From a virus (Duplodnaviria; Caudoviricetes): a stretch of 64,000 nt of DNA. Made by a program: the position numbers and the translations under genes. Positions 59,457 to 64,000 of this stretch are shown here, in pieces. Location: positions 160,001 through 224,000 of the IMG/VR virus record IMGVR_UViG_3300037067_015585, one strand, 5' to 3'. Every line of letters starts with the position of its first letter. Position 1 is the first letter of the stretch. The notes below the pieces were generated by a model, which worked only from the letters and a program-made list of their open reading frames with translations, had not been told where the DNA came from and did not search any database.

Positions 59457-59679
59457 ACTCGAATTTTGATGTCAGTTTACCGTTGATTTTCACCTTCTCT
59501 GCTAGCATCACAGCAAATTGTATTGCTGGACTAACCAACAGTTTTCTACCAGTCGTATAGACAACCATTTGGTCTATAATACCAGCATATTCTGCGATTC
59601 CGAGGACGGTATATATCACACCGTCTAGAGAGCGGTAGGTGCCGGTCTTGATTGCTGATCCACTGCCGACTAATTTCAT
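59437..59679 (-). CDS. DUF1653-like protein
   Basis: GTYR...G.IY.VLGIA...MVVY...F..KV...F. Confidence 0.5.
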   Translation of the reverse strand: MKLVGSGSAIKTGTYRSLDGVIYTVLGIAEYAGIIDQMVVYTTGRKLLVSPAIQFAVMLAEKVKINGKLTSKFEFIDPPS

Positions 59680-59883
59680 CGTGTGTGATCCTCCAACTGA
59701 TATTTGTTGGAGGTACACGTTTACTCCGTCGCTTTCACAATTTCATCAATATCGGCACGGTACCCAGGCAAATCGCCAGAAAGTGCCTTTAATATCTTAC
59801 CAACTTTCATATCTTGATCATCATCCCAATAGCCAAACGCTTCTGCGGCGATGCTCTTAACAGATTGTAATAATCTTTTCTCT

Positions 59884-60318
59884 TCAGATTTTATATTTGT
59901 CATATCGATGATCTTCAACCATTTTGTTGTCAGATAGCGTTTGTGCGACCGTCTCCGACATAAATGCCCACTCATCACGATTAAGTAATCGAGACCATTT
60001 ATCCGATCGCATAGTTACGCTTGGGATATTATCTGTAGCGGAAATGATGATCTCAAACTTGCCAGCTTTCTTGGTTACACCATCAGCCTTTAATATCGAT
60101 AATTTCTGTTCAGCGAACGATTCACGACCAATTGAATCCTTTAGTGTAAGATATGCAATACCCTTTCTGATGGTATTGATGTGCCCAAGTAGTACTGCCT
60201 GCTTAGGTTGAGATAATACTACTTCCTTTTGTGCACTCTCAGCGTCTTGATCTTCCTCATCTCGCTCTTCTTGTGTGTCGTCGTCATCAACATCATCATC
60301 GATACCAAAAAGCATCAT
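59884..60318 (-). CDS. hypothetical protein
   Basis: ORF with an acidic N-terminus. Confidence 0.5.
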   Translation of the reverse strand: MMLFGIDDDVDDDDTQEERDEEDQDAESAQKEVVLSQPKQAVLLGHINTIRKGIAYLTLKDSIGRESFAEQKLSILKADGVTKKAGKFEIIISATDNIPSVTMRSDKWSRLLNRDEWAFMSETVAQTLSDNKMVEDHRYDKYKI

Positions 60319-60439
60319 AACTCCCTTGTTTAATTGTTGTTAATTCAAATACAGTCGCAGCATAACTGAAAAGAAAATACTCTAGAAAATCGCTAGGTCA
60401 TCATCAAACATAGTAAATAGTGGTGATTAGGAGCACATC

Positions 60440-60943
60440 ATGTACAAATTTTTTAATTGGCTTTGGCATGGACGTCATAAACGGAGGGCTATGTGCTTTC
60501 GGTGGCATATTGGTCCTATCGAAACCTCACCGATTGGAGATTCTGTGATGTCATTGATATTAAAGGATACTCAGCGGGTAACAGTCACCGTGTCACCGAT
60601 TGATGCCAAAGGCAATCCTGCGGTGCTCGATGCAGCCCCAGTTTGGGGAGTTGTTGGCCCATCAATTCTCACACTTGTTACGTCGGATGACGGGTTAACA
60701 ACTGTCGCAACCGCAACAGGTGCACTTGGTACAACTCAAATTACCGTCACAGCCGATGCTGGTGATGGGACTATTTCTGGACTGTTGGATGTTCAGGTTG
60801 TTGGTAGCGATGCCGTTAGCCTGAACATTACCGCTGGTGTACCAGAAGAAGTTCCAACGCCGTCAGTTGCAGACACGACACCAGTTGCAGACACGACTGC
60901 TGCGGACACGACACCTGCTGCGGACACGACACCATCAGCTTAA
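60440..60943 (+). CDS. Ig-like domain protein with C-terminal ADTT(P) repeats
   Basis: VTVSPIDAKGNPA..W...GTTQITVTADA; four ADTT repeats; an alternative start at 60548 is possible. Confidence 0.6.
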   Translation: MYKFFNWLWHGRHKRRAMCFRWHIGPIETSPIGDSVMSLILKDTQRVTVTVSPIDAKGNPAVLDAAPVWGVVGPSILTLVTSDDGLTTVATATGALGTTQITVTADAGDGTISGLLDVQVVGSDAVSLNITAGVPEEVPTPSVADTTPVADTTAADTTPAADTTPSA

Positions 60944-61001
60944 TTAACTAGCTGGTATTAGCATACTGCCCCATTAGTATATCTCATGGGGCAGTTGCGT
61001 A

Positions 61002-61277
61002 TCAGAATTCCATTGGTAGCTCGACAACGTTTTTACGTTTTGGGTGATCATATTCTTTGTGTTCTTTTGGCGGCAATTTCGTAAACTGAACAGTAATACC
61101 AATTCTATCGCCCTTTTCAGGCAAGCGACCTTCCATAAATTGTTCGATAGAATATGATTGTTCGAGCAACTCGCCGTCGATTTCAAGAACTAATGTAACG
61201 TGGCTATTCGAAACATCTATGACCTCACCTTCACAAGATTCGACAAGGCATGTGCCTCGATCTAATAACTCACTCAT
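61002..61277 (-). CDS. hypothetical protein
   Basis: ORF. Confidence 0.5.
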   Translation of the reverse strand: MSELLDRGTCLVESCEGEVIDVSNSHVTLVLEIDGELLEQSYSIEQFMEGRLPEKGDRIGITVQFTKLPPKEHKEYDHPKRKNVVELPMEF

Positions 61278-61493
61278 TATTTAGCCTCACTATAAGCCCA
61301 AGCAGCAAAATATTTTAAAGTGCATACGCCAGTATCTTGACTGTGGCGTATCTTTCGAGGATCACTATCTACAATCCGCCATTGAACATTCTCGCCAGTA
61401 ATATGTTCAGCGAGTTTTTTCGTTCCATTGCATCCTTCGTAAATAATACCCTCTTTAATTGCCATCCACTTCATTATTGCGCTCTCCATTTCA

Positions 61494-61522
61494 ATTATAG
61501 CACAAGCAAACCTTCTTTGTAA
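61494..61522 (-). promoter_or_regulatory. class I promoter
   Basis: TTACAA-17 bp-TATAAT ending TTGTGCTATAAT on the minus strand. Confidence 0.6.
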
Positions 61523-61786
61523 CCAGTACTACCAATGGTATTTTATCACTATGAGCGATACTACTGGATATTCTGCGAAAGATATTTTCAAACTCTCACA
61601 GTCATTGGCTGATGATCCAGAGTTGCGTAAAAAAGTAGAAGCTGAAATACAGGCTGAAATGGCAGATGGGGAGTCATTTTATATCGACTCATATGGATAC
61701 TGCCATACATATACACCAGTATTGCGGTCGAAAGTTGCCGATGGTCGGGTAGAAATTATAACCAACGATGTATTCAAGGGATAATT

Positions 61787-62596
61787 ATGAATTATTGGGA
61801 AATAGTTAAACCGACATATATCGAAAATTGGGAACCGGCGCTACATTCCTTAAGTATCGCATCGATAGATATACCATTAACTGTGGATGATGCTAAGTGT
61901 CTTGGATCGAACATCATCGAGTATGGCGAAGCATTTGGTCGTATGTCTGACATATCAGGCATTAGCTCCAAGGTATCTTCCGCTGTCGAGAAAATGCCAT
62001 CTGGTGCTTTTGTCCGTTTGGGCAGCCGTTCTCCTAAAGACTCTTGGATGATGCACGAAGAAGGCGGGAAGGTGCTTCCTGGTGAAGATCCATTGCGTTT
62101 CATACTAGACTGCTCAGAACGCATTTATGAAGATTTAATATTATCGATACAACAATCATATAATCCCCATATTTGGGTGCGGCAGTGGGTCGATATTCCC
62201 AAATGGTCCGAGTTTCGATGCTTTATGCGGAATCGCAAATTGGCGGGAATTTCTCAGTATTATTATGACGAAGAATTTCCAGAAATTGATGCCGATATGT
62301 TCGAATGGGCTATACAAGAGTTTTTTGATCTATTTCTAAAAGCCACGAAGATGGAATCTGTGGTATTTGATGTTTATATCAAACTAAGAAAAGTGAGACC
62401 AAATATAAGAGATATCGAAGTAAAGCTCCTAGAAATTAATCCATTCTTCGAATTGACCGATCCATGTTTGTTCTCGTGGCACAATCAACAATCCTTTAAT
62501 GGATCTTTCAAATATAAAAAGATAGAACGTGGTGCATCTGGACCATTTGACGGAGCTAACAATGGACATCATCGCTCGGCGTGTGGCGGACTATGA
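61787..62596 (+). CDS. Cdc123/R2K-like ATP-grasp protein
   Basis: FVRLGSRSPKD, EFRCF, ISQY, VFDV, LLEINPF, DPCLFSW. Confidence 0.8.
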   Translation: MNYWEIVKPTYIENWEPALHSLSIASIDIPLTVDDAKCLGSNIIEYGEAFGRMSDISGISSKVSSAVEKMPSGAFVRLGSRSPKDSWMMHEEGGKVLPGEDPLRFILDCSERIYEDLILSIQQSYNPHIWVRQWVDIPKWSEFRCFMRNRKLAGISQYYYDEEFPEIDADMFEWAIQEFFDLFLKATKMESVVFDVYIKLRKVRPNIRDIEVKLLEINPFFELTDPCLFSWHNQQSFNGSFKYKKIERGASGPFDGANNGHHRSACGGL

Positions 62597-62831
62597 GCAC
62601 CTAGAGAATCCTGGTGATTATATTGTTTATGACGAAGAGAACGTAAAGCAGATAACGTTCTTGTGTCCGTGCGGCTGTGGTGATCTTGGCAGTGTCAATA
62701 TCAACCAATCTGACCCATATTGTTGGAAATGGAATGGTGATAAAGATAAACCAACGACGACACCGAGCATTAAACAACTAAGCTGCGGTTGGCACGGCTA
62801 TCTAACAGATGGTATCTTCAAGACAGTTTAG
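62562..62831 (+). CDS. DUF6527-like Cys/His protein
   Basis: CPCGCG, WKWNG..PT..PSI, CGWHGYLTDG. Confidence 0.65.
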   Translation: MDIIARRVADYEHLENPGDYIVYDEENVKQITFLCPCGCGDLGSVNINQSDPYCWKWNGDKDKPTTTPSIKQLSCGWHGYLTDGIFKTV

Positions 62832-63096
62832 GTGATATATGTTGGTCGAGATACCAGATTTGCTTATTGCAAAACTGAGAAACAATGTTGGTATAATATC
62901 AGTCGAATCAGTTGAGTCTAATGCTGAACGAAGCTGGGGTGATTGTTCAGTATATTACAATAGTTTTCTGAAATTCAACGATCATATTGATACTGGAAGT
63001 AGCACAAATACAGATAGCTTGCAAGAAATAGCAAAGGCTATGAATCAATTAATAAAAATAATTGATTCAACAACGGTTGCAGATTATCAAATCTGA

Positions 63097-63762
63097 TTAG
63101 TGTGATTCGATTTGAATTACTGGTGCATTATTCTCAAGAAGGCTCTTTCCTTCTTGAAGCGATTTGACACCAATCTCATTAATGCGATGCAAGAAGAATG
63201 CCTCAACAGATGTTTTGGCATCGGTCGTCACCTTGTCCATCGACTCATTGAATTGGCTTTGAACAAACGGTAAGTTAGATGAGAGGTTCGTTGCCAGTCT
63301 TTGAAGAACTTCAATGAGATTCTTACAATCAGACTTTCTAATTGTTTTTTGATCCAGCAAATTGCGTGCTTCTTCAACGAGATCATAAGCCGCTTTTGTT
63401 GATTCTTTGCATGTGTCGGCGAACTCGTCTTCAAACCGTTGTCGAACGGTTTCTTCCGGACAATCTTCAACGCCATGATTGTTGATTCGGCGAATAGTGC
63501 ACGGAATTCCATCGCCGACATTGAGCGTCGTTATGGCTTCTGCGAATTGCATCGGACTTAGTTCAATTTCGATGAGAGTTTCACCGCCGAAATAGTGATC
63601 ATAATTCAAATCTCGCAATTTTGTGGCACGTTTGACGGTCATGACAACCGTATTTCGGTGCTTGACTGACGACCCAAACAGGTTGAGTCCGGGCGAATTT
63701 GAAGTTCGCGAGAAACCAAGCATACCAAAACTTTCATGTTCTTCTTGTGTTTTCTTTCCCAT
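63097..63762 (-). CDS. conserved phage hypothetical protein
   Basis: FG.LGFSR..LFGS..H, IELS..QFAE.IT..N.G.G.PCT. Confidence 0.65.
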   Translation of the reverse strand: MGKKTQEEHESFGMLGFSRTSNSPGLNLFGSSVKHRNTVVMTVKRATKLRDLNYDHYFGGETLIEIELSPMQFAEAITTLNVGDGIPCTIRRINNHGVEDCPEETVRQRFEDEFADTCKESTKAAYDLVEEARNLLDQKTIRKSDCKNLIEVLQRLATNLSSNLPFVQSQFNESMDKVTTDAKTSVEAFFLHRINEIGVKSLQEGKSLLENNAPVIQIESH

Positions 63763-64000
63763 TTTCTTTCCTGGTCAATCGTCTAAATAAATCGCTCGTA
63801 TGTCGTCGTTCGCTGTTTGTGCGGTTTTAATTGTATTACGTTGATCCTCTAACCATCTATTGTGGCACAAAACGCTGCAGTATTGGGTATGACTGAATAG
63901 AATTTTTTCTGGATCATTAATTGATTGCAGCATTAAATTGTTGTGGAAATCGGGCGGTGCTGATGATGTTTCGTGTGTTGGTAGGTTGTCACCAATACGC

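Overview
This 64 kb window looks like part of a large (jumbo) dsDNA phage genome. It is densely coded in the standard genetic code and has many short ORFans. Phage hallmarks include a T4 gp21-like prohead protease, a gp46/SbcC-like ATPase, a gp55-like sigma factor and four tRNAs. Host-like genes include csrA, kamA, speD, rarA, two PurA-family genes (one with PurZ signatures) and many glycosyltransferases. The CsrA sequence weakly suggests a Planctomycetota-like host. The strongest candidate for an undescribed system is at 1471-4062. A stand-alone group II-like reverse transcriptase (YADD, with PFG in place of PQG) sits head-to-head with two tandem units, each a covarying ~150-nt structured element followed by a small paralogous protein. 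It does not fit a group II intron, a DGR or a classical retron. A second unexplained structure at 49131-49575 has four 28-bp palindrome-containing repeats, each preceded by 13-17 in-phase variable GGYNN pentamers. Other points: three recurrent promoter-like motifs next to two divergent sigma-like genes, a set of enzymes with putative head-packaging leaders, two tRNAs with C33 instead of U33, and a structured RNA after the tRNA pair. All calls come from reading motifs by eye; no database searches were run.
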